Source of the DNA: Nitrosopumilaceae archaeon
GTDB taxonomy: Archaea; Thermoproteota; Nitrososphaeria; Nitrososphaerales; Nitrosopumilaceae
DNA: 64,000 nucleotides
Direction of reading: 5' to 3'
Assembly: GCA_965209085.1 (NCBI GenBank)
Contig: OZ242376.1
Coordinates: 448,001 to 512,000 of the forward strand
The notes beneath the pieces were generated by a model. The model was not told the DNA's origin, made no database searches, and saw only the letters and a program-made list of their open reading frames with translations. The translations under genes were made by a program, and so were the position numbers. Below are positions 39,998 to 50,391 of the stretch, piece after piece; position 1 is the first letter of the stretch; the number at the start of each line of letters is the position of its first letter.

Positions 39998-40768
39998 TTA
40001 CACGCCAGATTCTTTTTTATTTTTACGCTCGTACCTTTCTGCAGCTATCATGCCTCCAAAATATAGGCCTATCATGGGGCCTGCAATGAACCACATGGTG
40101 ATGCCGCTGCCGTCAGGCGTGATAGCTGCACCGAATATCACAATGGCTACGATGGCATAGCGTATGTTTTTCCTCCAAAATTTCCCCCCCGTCATTCCGG
40201 ATGCTGTAAACGCGTACATTACCAGCGGAAGCTGAAACGACATTCCAAACGCAATCAAAAATTGGAGCACAAATCCGATAAAATCCATGACGTTAAGAAA
40301 CGTCACAAGTCCGGAAGATTCGCCGTATGTGTACAAAAAATCCAGTATGTACGGAATGACTGCCACGTATGAAAATATGCATCCTCCAAGAAACAAAAAA
40401 AGCGCGGGAAGTGCAATGCTTCGGCTAATCTTTACCTCTGTTTCTTTTAGTGCCGGCGCCAAAAATCCCACAGCCTCGCGGACTAGGATCGGCATTGAAC
40501 ATACGACTGATACAAGTGCTGCAATGTACACTTGGGCAAAAAATGCCTGACCTGGAGCAGTCTGTATAAGCTGCACGTTTTCTGGAACCAGAGTATCCCG
40601 CATATAGTTTGTTATCTGTGCTGCAATATTGTTGAGCGGTTCAGGCGTTGGATAATACAGCGTGAGTCCATACAGCTCGAACGGTTCTGCATGAAATGTT
40701 ATCAGAAAAACGGTAATTACACCAACTGCAACAGCGGATCTTAAAACACGTTTTCGTATCTCTTCCAA
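39998..40768 (-). CDS. tatC: twin-arginine translocase TatC
   Basis: (H)LEEIRKR, FLAPAL, FQLP, AITPD; adjacent to tatA. Confidence 0.92.
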   Translation of the reverse strand: MEEIRKRVLRSAVAVGVITVFLITFHAEPFELYGLTLYYPTPEPLNNIAAQITNYMRDTLVPENVQLIQTAPGQAFFAQVYIAALVSVVCSMPILVREAVGFLAPALKETEVKISRSIALPALFLFLGGCIFSYVAVIPYILDFLYTYGESSGLVTFLNVMDFIGFVLQFLIAFGMSFQLPLVMYAFTASGMTGGKFWRKNIRYAIVAIVIFGAAITPDGSGITMWFIAGPMIGLYFGGMIAAERYERKNKKESGV

Positions 40769-40819
40769 ATGAGGACCGATTTCGCCGGCTGCATACTTTA
40801 TGATGCCCCGCCTCCAAAC

Positions 40820-41323
40820 TTACTTGCCCGCTATGGGAAGCAGCTTTGCCTCTGGAAGACCGTAAGATTTTGCATCCTCTTCGAGCATGTCTGCAAATTC
40901 CAGTGTAATGATGGCCTTTGTGTTAAATTTAGATTCCAAATCGGATGCAAGCTGTGATATCTCTTTTGGAGAATATATGATCTTTGAATCTTCCAAAATG
41001 ATTCTCTGGCCTTTTTCAAGCGGTTTTCCGCCGAATTTGTCCTTTAGGAAATTTGTAATATTTGGAACTTCCTTTTGATCAATGTTGTTGTGGTAAAAGG
41101 ATATTCCTTTGATTGATTTGTAATTGTTTGGGGTTCCATGCCTGTACAGAAATACGCCGATGTATATTGCCTCCTCCTCCGGTGCACGCACGCACTTTAT
41201 GTCCCAGTTTAACAGCTTGTCCTCCGGATATGAACACTTTGCAACCTCTTTTGATTCCATTTTCCAATATCTGCATCTTGCCATATGATGTGGTATCATT
41301 TTGTCTGATATAAATACAACCAA
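40820..41323 (-). CDS. hypothetical protein
   Basis: ORF with core-like composition upstream of tatC; real start probably 41284 or 41260. Confidence 0.65.
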   Translation of the reverse strand: MVVFISDKMIPHHMARCRYWKMESKEVAKCSYPEDKLLNWDIKCVRAPEEEAIYIGVFLYRHGTPNNYKSIKGISFYHNNIDQKEVPNITNFLKDKFGGKPLEKGQRIILEDSKIIYSPKEISQLASDLESKFNTKAIITLEFADMLEEDAKSYGLPEAKLLPIAGK

Positions 41324-41369
41324 ATGACGTGGGATAGGTAATTATGCTTTGACTTTATGTACGCATCTT

Positions 41370-41636
41370 GTGGATACATACACAGTCAAGATTGTGATAG
41401 AAAACAAACCCGGAATCAACGATCCGGAAGGGGAAACAATACTGAATGATTTGATTCTCAAAGGTTCAGACTCCAAGATCACCGACGTTCGGACTGCCAA
41501 AATGCTTACCATAAAGATGCGGGAAAAATCCCCCAATGATGCAAAAAAAAGAACACAGAAAATGTGCGATGAGATGCGAATCTACAATCCGATGGTAAGC
41601 CAAATTTCAATTTCTGTCTCAAAGGCGCAAAAATGA
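41370..41636 (+). CDS. purS: FGAM synthase subunit PurS
   Basis: KPGINDPEGETI, MCD....NP; upstream of purQ. Confidence 0.9.
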   Translation: MDTYTVKIVIENKPGINDPEGETILNDLILKGSDSKITDVRTAKMLTIKMREKSPNDAKKRTQKMCDEMRIYNPMVSQISISVSKAQK

Positions 41637-41665
41637 TTCCCAATGTTCACATTAAATAAGCGGAC

Positions 41666-42355
41666 ATGCCAAGTATGCACGTGAGGGCAGGCATCGTGGT
41701 CTTTCCTGGAAGTAACTGCGATCGAGACATGATGCACGTAATGCGGGATGTTTGCGGGATTGACACACAGTTTTTTTGGCATGAAAAACCGCTCCCAAAA
41801 TCCGGTCTTGACGCAGTTGTACTGCCGGGAGGATTCTCATACGGTGACAGACTGCGTGCCGGTGTGATTGCAGCTCACAGTCCTGCAATGAGGGATGTTA
41901 AACGGATTGCCAAAGACGGCGTGCCGGTTTTGGGCGTCTGCAACGGTTTTCAAATACTTGTGGAATCTGGACTCTTGCCTGGCGTACTGTTGGGAAACGA
42001 ATCGCATTCCTTTATGTGCCAGTGGACCGAACTTTTAGTGGAGAATAATTCCACGCCGTTTACAAACATGCTGCAGATGCATCAGCGCATGCCAATACCC
42101 ATAGCAAACGGGGAGGGGAGATACTATGCGGACGAGGATACGATAAAAGAGATGCGCAAAAAAAACCAAATTGTTTTCAAATATACCAAAAGCGTAAACG
42201 GATCAAAAGGTGAAATAGCCGGCGTATGCAACAGGGAGGGCAACGTGGTGGGAATGATGCCACATCCTGAGAGGGCAGCAGAGCCGGAATTGAATCCTGC
42301 CGATTACAAACCTGCATCGATGATATTCAAATCACTCATGGGTGGATTCAGTTGA
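41666..42355 (+). CDS. purQ: FGAM synthase subunit PurQ
   Basis: FPGSNCDRD, PGGFSYGD.LRAG, GVCNGFQIL, GMMPHPER. Confidence 0.96.
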   Translation: MPSMHVRAGIVVFPGSNCDRDMMHVMRDVCGIDTQFFWHEKPLPKSGLDAVVLPGGFSYGDRLRAGVIAAHSPAMRDVKRIAKDGVPVLGVCNGFQILVESGLLPGVLLGNESHSFMCQWTELLVENNSTPFTNMLQMHQRMPIPIANGEGRYYADEDTIKEMRKKNQIVFKYTKSVNGSKGEIAGVCNREGNVVGMMPHPERAAEPELNPADYKPASMIFKSLMGGFS

Positions 42356-44514
42356 GTCTTACAAATGATGAGATGATACATTTGCGCTCAAGTCTAAAGC
42401 GTAACCCCACATCCACGGAACTAGACGTAGTCTCTGCAGAGTGGTCCGAGCACTGCTCGTACAAGTCCTCAAAGATGCATCTTGGACAGCTTCCAAATTC
42501 GGGCAAACTTGTCATATCCGAAAAAGGATACGATTCTGGTGTGCTTGATGTCGGGGACGGATACGTGGTAACTGTCCATATTGAAAGCCACAACCATCCT
42601 TCCGCCATCGAACCCTATGGCGGGGCGGCAACAGGTGTAGGCGGCGTGATACGGGACATACTCTCTGCTGGAACACGGCCCATTGCAATACTTGACGGAC
42701 TGCGGTTTGGCAACATACGCAAGGATGCGCATGCTGCATGGCTTTTTAGAAAAGCAGTATCCGGAATTGCAGCATACGGCAACTGTCTTGGAATACCAAC
42801 AGTCGGCGGAGAGATTGAATTTGATTCCTCGTATTCTGGATACGCCCTTGTGGATGTGGCAGCGGTGGGATTTGGAAAAAAAGATCTCTTGATTAAAAAC
42901 CGTGCAAAATCAGGAGATGTGGTTGTTTTACTTGGAGGTCCCACCGGCCGCGACGGGATGGGAGGTGCACAGTTTGCATCAGACAGTCTTAAATCCGAAG
43001 ACCGCTCCGCAGTGCAGATTCCTGATCCGTTTATCGAGAAAATGATCATAGAGGCGATATTGGATGCCCGGCGGGAGGGTCTGCTTCACGCCGTAAAGGA
43101 TCTTGGAGGAGGGGGACTCTCTTGTGCAATATCTGAAACCGCCGATGCATTATCCATAGGAATACGCATGGACGTATCCCGGGTGCACACTAGGGGATCA
43201 AAGATGCTGCCGCACGAGATAATGGTTTCTGAATCCCAGGAGCGCATGCTGATAATAACAACAAGATCCAAACTCAAACGTCTGCAGGAAATATGCAAAA
43301 AATACGGGGTGGCATGCTCTGATATCGGCCAGGTTACTAGTGATGGATTAATGCACGTAAAAAACGGCGCCAAAACCGTCGTTAAAATACGTGCAAAGAC
43401 GGTTGCAAACGCACCCTTACTTGATCTTCCATCAGTGCGTCCAAAATATTTGGATAATCTGCCAGATGGCTCTAATATCAAAACCCCCGCAAATCTCTCA
43501 AAACTCTTGCTAGAACTGCTTTCAAGTCCAAACATTGCCTCAAGGGAGCCGGTATACTCGCAGTATGATCATGAAGTGGGAATACGCACAATGGTTCGGC
43601 CGGGCAGGGATGCGGCACTGCTGAGGCTTGATAACGGAAAATACCTCTCGATGACGATGGATGGCAATCCGCGGCAGTGTTATGTAAATCCCAGGCGCGG
43701 AGCTGCCGGATGCTTTGAGGAGGCATGCCGTAATGTGGTGTGCACAGGCGCTCGGCCAATCGGAATGGTGGATCATCTGCAGTTTGGTGATCCAAATGAT
43801 CCTGAGATTTTCTGGACGTTTCTTGAATCACTCAAAGGAATAACTGAATGTGCAAAACGTCTGCAGATACCGTGCGTCGGGGGCAAGGTGAGCCTATACA
43901 ATGAGACGCCAAACGGTCCGATAAAACCCACTCCTGTTATAGGAGTGCTCGGCCTTGCAGAAAAACCGTTCTTGGCACAATCTGTAACCCGTGGAGATCA
44001 GCTTGTAATCGTAGGGGAGACAAAGGATGAGATGGGCGGCTCTGAATACTTTGAAGAGGTACATGCCATTAGCGGCGGGACGTGCCCGAGTGTTGATTAT
44101 GCAGCATCCTGCAAAAACTCCTCGTGTGTTTTACATGCTATAGAAAACGGAATGGTTTGTGCAGTACATGACTGCTCAAAGGGGGGACTTGCCGTTGCCA
44201 TATCTGAAATGTGCGTGTGTGATGGCATCGGATGCAGGGTGTACACCAATTTGATTCCTGCAGAAAAGATGCCCATCGACAGACTGCTCTTCTCTGAGAG
44301 TCATTCAAGATATCTTTTGGTCGTTCCACGATCAGATCTAAAACGCACCCTTGAATATCTTGAAAAAAGAAAATTAAAACATGCGGTAATTGGGGAATTT
44401 GGCGGCGATGTGATATCATTTGACGGAGACAAAAAACATACAGGTTTTGCCGTAAAACTAATGGTTGATAAGGCACAAAAAGCATGGCAAAACGGGTTGA
44501 TAGGTCTAATATGA
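42352..44514 (+). CDS. purL: FGAM synthase subunit PurL
   Basis: WSEHCSYKSS, ESHNHPSAIEPY.GAATGVGG, SESQERM, QYDHEV, GGKVSLYN. Confidence 0.96.
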   Translation: MSLTNDEMIHLRSSLKRNPTSTELDVVSAEWSEHCSYKSSKMHLGQLPNSGKLVISEKGYDSGVLDVGDGYVVTVHIESHNHPSAIEPYGGAATGVGGVIRDILSAGTRPIAILDGLRFGNIRKDAHAAWLFRKAVSGIAAYGNCLGIPTVGGEIEFDSSYSGYALVDVAAVGFGKKDLLIKNRAKSGDVVVLLGGPTGRDGMGGAQFASDSLKSEDRSAVQIPDPFIEKMIIEAILDARREGLLHAVKDLGGGGLSCAISETADALSIGIRMDVSRVHTRGSKMLPHEIMVSESQERMLIITTRSKLKRLQEICKKYGVACSDIGQVTSDGLMHVKNGAKTVVKIRAKTVANAPLLDLPSVRPKYLDNLPDGSNIKTPANLSKLLLELLSSPNIASREPVYSQYDHEVGIRTMVRPGRDAALLRLDNGKYLSMTMDGNPRQCYVNPRRGAAGCFEEACRNVVCTGARPIGMVDHLQFGDPNDPEIFWTFLESLKGITECAKRLQIPCVGGKVSLYNETPNGPIKPTPVIGVLGLAEKPFLAQSVTRGDQLVIVGETKDEMGGSEYFEEVHAISGGTCPSVDYAASCKNSSCVLHAIENGMVCAVHDCSKGGLAVAISEMCVCDGIGCRVYTNLIPAEKMPIDRLLFSESHSRYLLVVPRSDLKRTLEYLEKRKLKHAVIGEFGGDVISFDGDKKHTGFAVKLMVDKAQKAWQNGLIGLI

Positions 44515-45956
44515 CCCGGCAGGCAAGAGAAAACTGCGGAGTCGTGGGAATATTCAGCCTTGATGGAAAAAATGTCATCCCGATGGCATTTGATGCGCTT
44601 CGTGCAGTACAGCACCGGGGGCAGGAAGCGTGGGGAATTGCAATTCCAAATAAAATTCCCTTCAAGCGGACAGGACTAGTCTCTGAATCCTCAAAGGATT
44701 TTAAAAATCTCATGCAAGAGTACAACTCACCGTGCGCCATAGGTCATGTGCGGTATTCCACAATGGGGAAAAGCAGTCTAGAGAATGCACAGCCCCTCAA
44801 AGTGCGGGATTTGTGCGTGGCACACAATGGGACTATAAACAACGTACAAGAGCTCTCCAATCTTGTAGGCGGATGCTCGTTTACCCCCCAGAGTGCAAGC
44901 GATACGCTAGTGGCAGCGCAGCGTCTAGTCGACCTCATATCAAAAAAAGGCAACATGGGAGCGGCACTCTCTGTTTTGAAAAACGAGATGATAGGATCTT
45001 ATTGTTTTACATTTATCTCCGATGATGGCTCAGTATACGCTGCAAGGGATCCAAAAGGATTCCGGCCGATGGTTTTGGGATATAAAAAAGATACAAACAC
45101 GTACATTGTCGCATCCGAATCAGTCGCACTCTCTTCCATAGGTGCAGAATTAGAACGTGACATACGTCCGGGGGAGCTTGTACGGATGAGCAAAAAAGGA
45201 ATTGAATCTGAAATGTTCTCCGATGATGTATGCAAGGCACACTGTTCGTTTGAATTTACATATTTTGCACACCCTTCAAGCAAAATGGAAGGATCCAACA
45301 TTTATCTTGCAAGAAAACGCATCGGGCAGTTTCTGGCGAAAAAATTCCCAATAAAGGATGCTGACCTTGTAATTCCGGTACCGGATTCGGCGCGTCCTGC
45401 AGCTTTGGGTTTTGCACAGGAATCTGGAATTCCATTTGATGAGGGACTGCTAAAGGACCGGTATAGCAAAAAAGGTCCACTGCGCAGCTTTATTGAACCG
45501 CATCAGAGTGACCGCATAGAGATAAACCGGTGGATAATTCCAATTAAAGAGATTGTGGATGGAAAACATGTGGTGGTCATAGACGATAGCCTCGTGCGGG
45601 GTACAAGCTCGCGTGCAATAATAAAGGCGCTAAGACGTGCCGGTGCCAAAAAAATAAGCATGCTTGTAACGTATCCTCCCATACAGTATCCATGCTATGC
45701 CGGAATAGACTTTCCCTCCCAGGAAGAGCTTGCCACGTATTCCAAAGAAGGGCATGCCTCAGAGGAGGCGATGATAAAAAAGGTACGCACTAGTATTGGG
45801 GCCGATTTTCTAGGGTACAATGATTCAACAAACCTTGCAAATGCCATCGGCATGAATGAGGACTCTATGTGTTTTACATGCTCTACTGGAAATTACGAGT
45901 CGCTTGGAATAACGCCTGAATTTAAAAACCGTCTAAAGATAAAGGGCAAACCGTAA
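44511..45956 (+). CDS. purF: amidophosphoribosyltransferase
   Basis: ECGVVG-like N-terminus, QHRGQE, GHVRYST, HNG, VIDDSLVRGT; ATG 44511 overlaps the purL stop. Confidence 0.96.
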   Translation: MTRQARENCGVVGIFSLDGKNVIPMAFDALRAVQHRGQEAWGIAIPNKIPFKRTGLVSESSKDFKNLMQEYNSPCAIGHVRYSTMGKSSLENAQPLKVRDLCVAHNGTINNVQELSNLVGGCSFTPQSASDTLVAAQRLVDLISKKGNMGAALSVLKNEMIGSYCFTFISDDGSVYAARDPKGFRPMVLGYKKDTNTYIVASESVALSSIGAELERDIRPGELVRMSKKGIESEMFSDDVCKAHCSFEFTYFAHPSSKMEGSNIYLARKRIGQFLAKKFPIKDADLVIPVPDSARPAALGFAQESGIPFDEGLLKDRYSKKGPLRSFIEPHQSDRIEINRWIIPIKEIVDGKHVVVIDDSLVRGTSSRAIIKALRRAGAKKISMLVTYPPIQYPCYAGIDFPSQEELATYSKEGHASEEAMIKKVRTSIGADFLGYNDSTNLANAIGMNEDSMCFTCSTGNYESLGITPEFKNRLKIKGKP

Positions 45957-45988
45957 AAGATTAAACGTAATGTCTGCAGTCTCGCAGT

Positions 45989-46501
45989 ATGTCCGAATCG
46001 CTTATCGATATAAAGGCCAGAATTTTAAAACTGGACTCGCAGCTGCATAATGCCGGAGATGCCCCAAATCCGGCACCTGAAATGCTTGATGCGACAAACG
46101 CTCTCCGATTATGCGAGCATTTTGCCGAAATTGATTCTATAAAATCCGAATTAATTGGGACATATGTCCAGTATTCTGCAGGTCTTGAAGAGATGGTGGG
46201 TGAGGCACTGCAAATCCAAAAAGATCTGAGTGCGCTTTTGTCAAAAAAATCAAAACGTCCTGTGAAAAAACCGCAAAGAGAAACCACTGCAAAAAGAAAA
46301 CCTCCACTGCGTAAAATTACGATTCGTAAAAAACCATCAAAGAAAAAACCGCAGAAAAAAACTCTTGCAAAAAGAAAAACCCTGAAAAGAAAACCATCAC
46401 TGCGTAAAATTACGATTCGTAAAAAACTCTCAAAGAAAAAACCGCAGAAAAAAACAACTAGGAGAAAATCTTCAACAAAACATAAATCATCTAGACGTTA
46501 A
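45989..46501 (+). CDS. hypothetical protein with Lys/Arg-rich repeated C-terminal tail
   Basis: helical N-domain, then a duplicated LRKITIRKK.SKKKPQKKT unit (93-bp period). Confidence 0.7.
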   Translation: MSESLIDIKARILKLDSQLHNAGDAPNPAPEMLDATNALRLCEHFAEIDSIKSELIGTYVQYSAGLEEMVGEALQIQKDLSALLSKKSKRPVKKPQRETTAKRKPPLRKITIRKKPSKKKPQKKTLAKRKTLKRKPSLRKITIRKKLSKKKPQKKTTRRKSSTKHKSSRR

Positions 46502-46505
46502 TTTC

Positions 46506-47471
46506 TCATATCGTACCTGAAATAATCCTGTGAAATTCCTCTCCACTCTGCAAAACCAGTGCGCCATCCGGGTCCAGCCTTACTGCAATACCTTGCACGG
46601 TTTTACCTTTTGATTTGACTGTAACTTTTGAGCCTATCGTATCTGATGCATCAGTCCAGCGTTTTATCATATTTTTGCCCCCATCCTTCACCATAGAATC
46701 GATTTGCTCTTCTAAATTTAATAGAAATTTTTGAATTATTGGCACCTTGAGTCCTGCTCCCTTTAACACTGTAACATCGTCCCTTTTTGTTGATTTTTTT
46801 ATCTCATCTATCTTGAGATCATAGTTTACTCCAACGCCCAATACAACCTGGTTTAATCCATCCGAATCCAGTATGGCATCTGTGATTATACCTGCAACTT
46901 TTTTACCGTCCACGAGAAGATCATTTGGCCATTTTAATTTTGTATCTGCGTCAAGTATCTCACGTATTGCATCTGCAAGTGATACTGCAGCGGCAATCGG
47001 AAACAATGTGGGCTCAAAATTTGAGGATGCTCCAAGTATTACGGACATCCATATTCCGCCCTTTGGAGATACCCATACATTTTTTCCTCTACCACGCCCG
47101 GCATTTTGTTCTTCTGCTATCACAATGGCGCCGTTTTTTGCCGGATCTTTTGCCATCTCTACTGCGTAATCCTGCGTAGAATCAATATAGTCAAAATGGT
47201 ATGCGATTTGGCCAAGCATCTTTGTCTGAATGCCATCATCTATCTCCCACGGGTATGCTGCATCCATTGGCTGCAAAAGCCTGTACCCGTAGGTTTTATC
47301 CGATTCTATGGAATACCCCAGTGTGCGAAGTCTTTCGATATGTTTCCATACTGCTATGCGGCTTATCTTTAAAACATCGCTGAGATCCTGACCTGAAAGA
47401 TATTCTGAACCGTGCTCTTTTAAAAGCGAGAGAAGACGTACAAATCTTGGCGGATCGTATGATGTGTACAT
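46506..47471 (-). CDS. birA: biotin--protein ligase with N-terminal HTH
   Basis: SGQDLS..LKISRIAVWKHI, DSTQ, Q.AGRGR..W.SP, KWPND, KVAGI. Confidence 0.93.
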   Translation of the reverse strand: MYTSYDPPRFVRLLSLLKEHGSEYLSGQDLSDVLKISRIAVWKHIERLRTLGYSIESDKTYGYRLLQPMDAAYPWEIDDGIQTKMLGQIAYHFDYIDSTQDYAVEMAKDPAKNGAIVIAEEQNAGRGRGKNVWVSPKGGIWMSVILGASSNFEPTLFPIAAAVSLADAIREILDADTKLKWPNDLLVDGKKVAGIITDAILDSDGLNQVVLGVGVNYDLKIDEIKKSTKRDDVTVLKGAGLKVPIIQKFLLNLEEQIDSMVKDGGKNMIKRWTDASDTIGSKVTVKSKGKTVQGIAVRLDPDGALVLQSGEEFHRIISGTI

Positions 47472-47507
47472 TGCAACGTAAAGCCCGTTGCGGCATTTAT
47501 CATTATG

Positions 47508-47996
47508 CTAAAACCCTTTGTCCAAGTCAAAATCGCCGGCATCGCCTGAGTCACCCGTGCCCGTATCGGGCATCTGATCCGCTGGGACATAGTCTCCGGC
47601 ACTAGCTCCTATCATACTAAACATGGCACTAAACATCATCATGTCCATTACTCCAAAGAACATCATCATGGGAAGGAAACTGCGGTTATCGTCCATGAAT
47701 CCCTTCATTTTTTTCTTGTCGCCTGTCTTTTGCAGGGCAATCATCTTGCCCCAACGTTCCTGCATTTGGGATATTCTTAATTCAAGCTCATCCTGCCCTT
47801 TTGGTGTGGCGTGAATCTCTATTGATTTTCCAAGCCATCCTTTCTTTTCCTCAACTATAATCATGCTTTGCTCTTCTAGATGCTCCAAGATGGTGTTTAT
47901 CTCCTTTGGGTCTATGTTTGTCTTTGAGCGTATTTTATCGAATTTTTTTGCACCGCGGCGTACTGCTCCCAGTACGATAATCTCGTTTGGTTCCAT
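47508..47996 (-). CDS. winged-helix domain hypothetical protein
   Basis: wHTH-like N-terminus (L..LEE..I..TPKG), Met-rich and acidic Gly tail. Confidence 0.7.
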   Translation of the reverse strand: MEPNEIIVLGAVRRGAKKFDKIRSKTNIDPKEINTILEHLEEQSMIIVEEKKGWLGKSIEIHATPKGQDELELRISQMQERWGKMIALQKTGDKKKMKGFMDDNRSFLPMMMFFGVMDMMMFSAMFSMIGASAGDYVPADQMPDTGTGDSGDAGDFDLDKGF

Positions 47997-48282
47997 AAAG
48001 TATCTGTAAAATACACTAGTATAAATTCGATATCATGTTAAAAATTCTCTTATGAACGATCGAGTTCTTTTTGTTATAAACTTGTACGGTTTTGTTTAAA
48101 ATGGTGTACATCTATCGCTATGGGTCAGTCTCCACATTTGTAGATTTTGAATCCGACGGATCATATTCGTGATTAAATAGCACGTGGTTTTCGCTTGTAT
48201 GGCATCAAAGTTCAACCTGTGATACGCACTCACAATACAAGAACTTAACGGACATTTGTGCCTTTCACTCATCTGATGTGAT

Positions 48283-48516
48283 GTGGAAGATAAATCAACT
48301 AGATTATTTACGATAGATCTTCTTGGTGAAAATCTGATTAATACAATAACAGTAATCGGTTTGTTTGTGGTTTTAGTAAATCTGCATTTTAAGATGTTTA
48401 ATTATTGGGATTTTACACAAGTGGAATTAATGTTGACAATAGTTGGAATTGGTGCTGGTTTGTTTGGGTATTGGATGTGGAAGAAGTGGTTTAATCTAAA
48501 AATGATCATTTTTTGA
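48283..48516 (+). CDS. small two-TM hypothetical protein
   Basis: AT-rich ORF with two hydrophobic helices. Confidence 0.5.
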   Translation: MEDKSTRLFTIDLLGENLINTITVIGLFVVLVNLHFKMFNYWDFTQVELMLTIVGIGAGLFGYWMWKKWFNLKMIIF

Positions 48517-48844
48517 CATATGACGATAAACTTTTAGATCGCAAGATACTCCATGAGTAAGATGAATAGAATAATGCCGTCTATAACAGATGATATTAAC
48601 ATAAAGAAATGAGGGGTAATGAATTAGGTCAAAATTTGAAGAAATTTTTTTAACAAACATGGATCAAACATTGACATTTGTTAATGGAAATGGAATAATA
48701 ATTGGTAAAAAACTTGAAGATGTTGAAAAAACGCTTGAGGATCATACGGGCAAATTAAATGAGATTGGAGATGTGTTAAATGCGCTTTAAAGTAGATTTG
48801 ATAGAACGGATGAGAAATTAGATGAACTGTTGTGTAAAACACCC

Positions 48845-48887
48845 GATCCTTAACACTATTTTTAGCACCTGTAGGTTGAACAGTACC
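48845..48887 (-). repeat. single distal copy of the array repeat plus terminal motif
   Basis: minus strand GGTACTGTTCAA-N19-GTGTTAAGGATC; the same arms flank N20 at 50392-50435. Confidence 0.75.
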
Positions 48888-48895
48888 AAATAAAA

Positions 48896-49591
48896 TCATG
48901 CATAATTAATCATTACATCATCAACAATTTTGACAAATTCATTATTGAAATTTTTGCCCTGAATTAAAATTTTATCTTTATATAGTTCAATATTTATATT
49001 ATCATTACTACCACTTATAAAATCTAATTTTCCTAAATCTAAAATTTTATTTATTTTGTCCAATGAGTTTAATTCACAACTTAATACAAATTGTTCGTTC
49101 AAATGAATATCTATGTTGTTTAAATTATCTTTTAAATGCATCAGAATATCCATATAATTAATTATGTTCGATTTCAAATTACTTGTTTTGCATTTTATTT
49201 TAAAAGTACATTCTAATTGCTCAACATATTCATCATCAATGTTTTCATCATCTTTGGTAATAATATCCATTTTAATTTCTATTTCTTGTGATCCATTTTT
49301 TACATTAAATGAAAAACAATTATTATTTTCTCGAATATCTTCATATGCATCTGTAAGTTTAGTTTTTAATTTTGTTTTAAATTCATCAGCTTTAATGTTT
49401 TCCATATTGATCGATTTAACAATTAATGCAGTAGTTACATCTTTACTAAAAACATATCTAGCATATTTATTATAATGATATGTTGGTTTTTCTTTAAATC
49501 TACGTGGGATCATTCGATATACTAGTGACGATATCCCTAAGGTAACAGATATAATTGTTATAAATCCCCACCAATCAATCATGTGTTCCAT
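48896..49591 (-). CDS. AT-rich hypothetical protein with N-terminal TM helix
   Basis: 231-aa ORF starting 7 bp after the partner gene's stop. Confidence 0.75.
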   Translation of the reverse strand: MEHMIDWWGFITIISVTLGISSLVYRMIPRRFKEKPTYHYNKYARYVFSKDVTTALIVKSINMENIKADEFKTKLKTKLTDAYEDIRENNNCFSFNVKNGSQEIEIKMDIITKDDENIDDEYVEQLECTFKIKCKTSNLKSNIINYMDILMHLKDNLNNIDIHLNEQFVLSCELNSLDKINKILDLGKLDFISGSNDNINIELYKDKILIQGKNFNNEFVKIVDDVMINYA

Positions 49592-49597
49592 AATCCA

Positions 49598-50278
49598 TCA
49601 TGTACATAATGGAATAATATCTCTTAAAATGAATTGTTCTTGATTCTCTGATTCCATTTTATTACGTATTGACACAGTTGCAGTTTGACTTATGCTTAAT
49701 GTAACATCACTACCAGGTATGTTAAAGAATACGTTATTTCTAATTCCATGTTTGTCATATCTTATGAAATCCTGGGTGGCATCTATTAAATTCCCAGTTA
49801 TGTGCGCGTTAGATAATGCTGGCAGATCTAAATCTTTCCAACTACATCCTTTAATTATACATTTATTAATCTTTAAGTAAGCTTCTAATTTATCTTGGTG
49901 TATTTTTCTATTAAGTATAGGATCACTTTTATCATTAAATACAATGTTTGAAAGTAAATGTGCAGTTTTTGATGCTGATTGAAATGAATCATGGACAAAT
50001 AAATTTAAACTACCTTTATGAAATGTAAATGGTGTGATTCTTACCTTCTGTATAGATTTTTGTTTTCCTTCCCGATCCTGCCACTTGTCTAGATAATCTT
50101 GTTTCACAATACCGCCAACGTAATTCTCTTTAAATATAATATCATCAATGGTTGTCTTTAAAGTTACAGATTCTCCCTCTGGTGTGCTCGCAATTTCTTT
50201 AATTGGTTTAATGTGAAGTTTCTTCTTTATATCCTTAATACTCATATTTTCAATTACTTCAAATATGGTAATTCCCAT
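49598..50278 (-). CDS. AT-rich hypothetical alpha/beta protein
   Basis: long ORF in very AT-rich DNA; start could be 50278, 50293 or 50338. Confidence 0.75.
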   Translation of the reverse strand: MGITIFEVIENMSIKDIKKKLHIKPIKEIASTPEGESVTLKTTIDDIIFKENYVGGIVKQDYLDKWQDREGKQKSIQKVRITPFTFHKGSLNLFVHDSFQSASKTAHLLSNIVFNDKSDPILNRKIHQDKLEAYLKINKCIIKGCSWKDLDLPALSNAHITGNLIDATQDFIRYDKHGIRNNVFFNIPGSDVTLSISQTATVSIRNKMESENQEQFILRDIIPLCT

Positions 50279-50391
50279 ATTATTAATATTCATATGCAAT
50301 AATATAAAGAATTGGTAGATCTGTTTATCCAGATTCAAAAAATATACATTATTTATTAATAATTTTAATAAAAATCATCATTTCATCCACT

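Noticed and set aside
48600-48845. Coiled-coil gene (KLEDVEKTLEDHTGKLNEIG...) and the listed ORF 48681-48899
   Set aside because: The plus-strand frame is interrupted by stops; the minus-strand ORF merely reads through the repeat site
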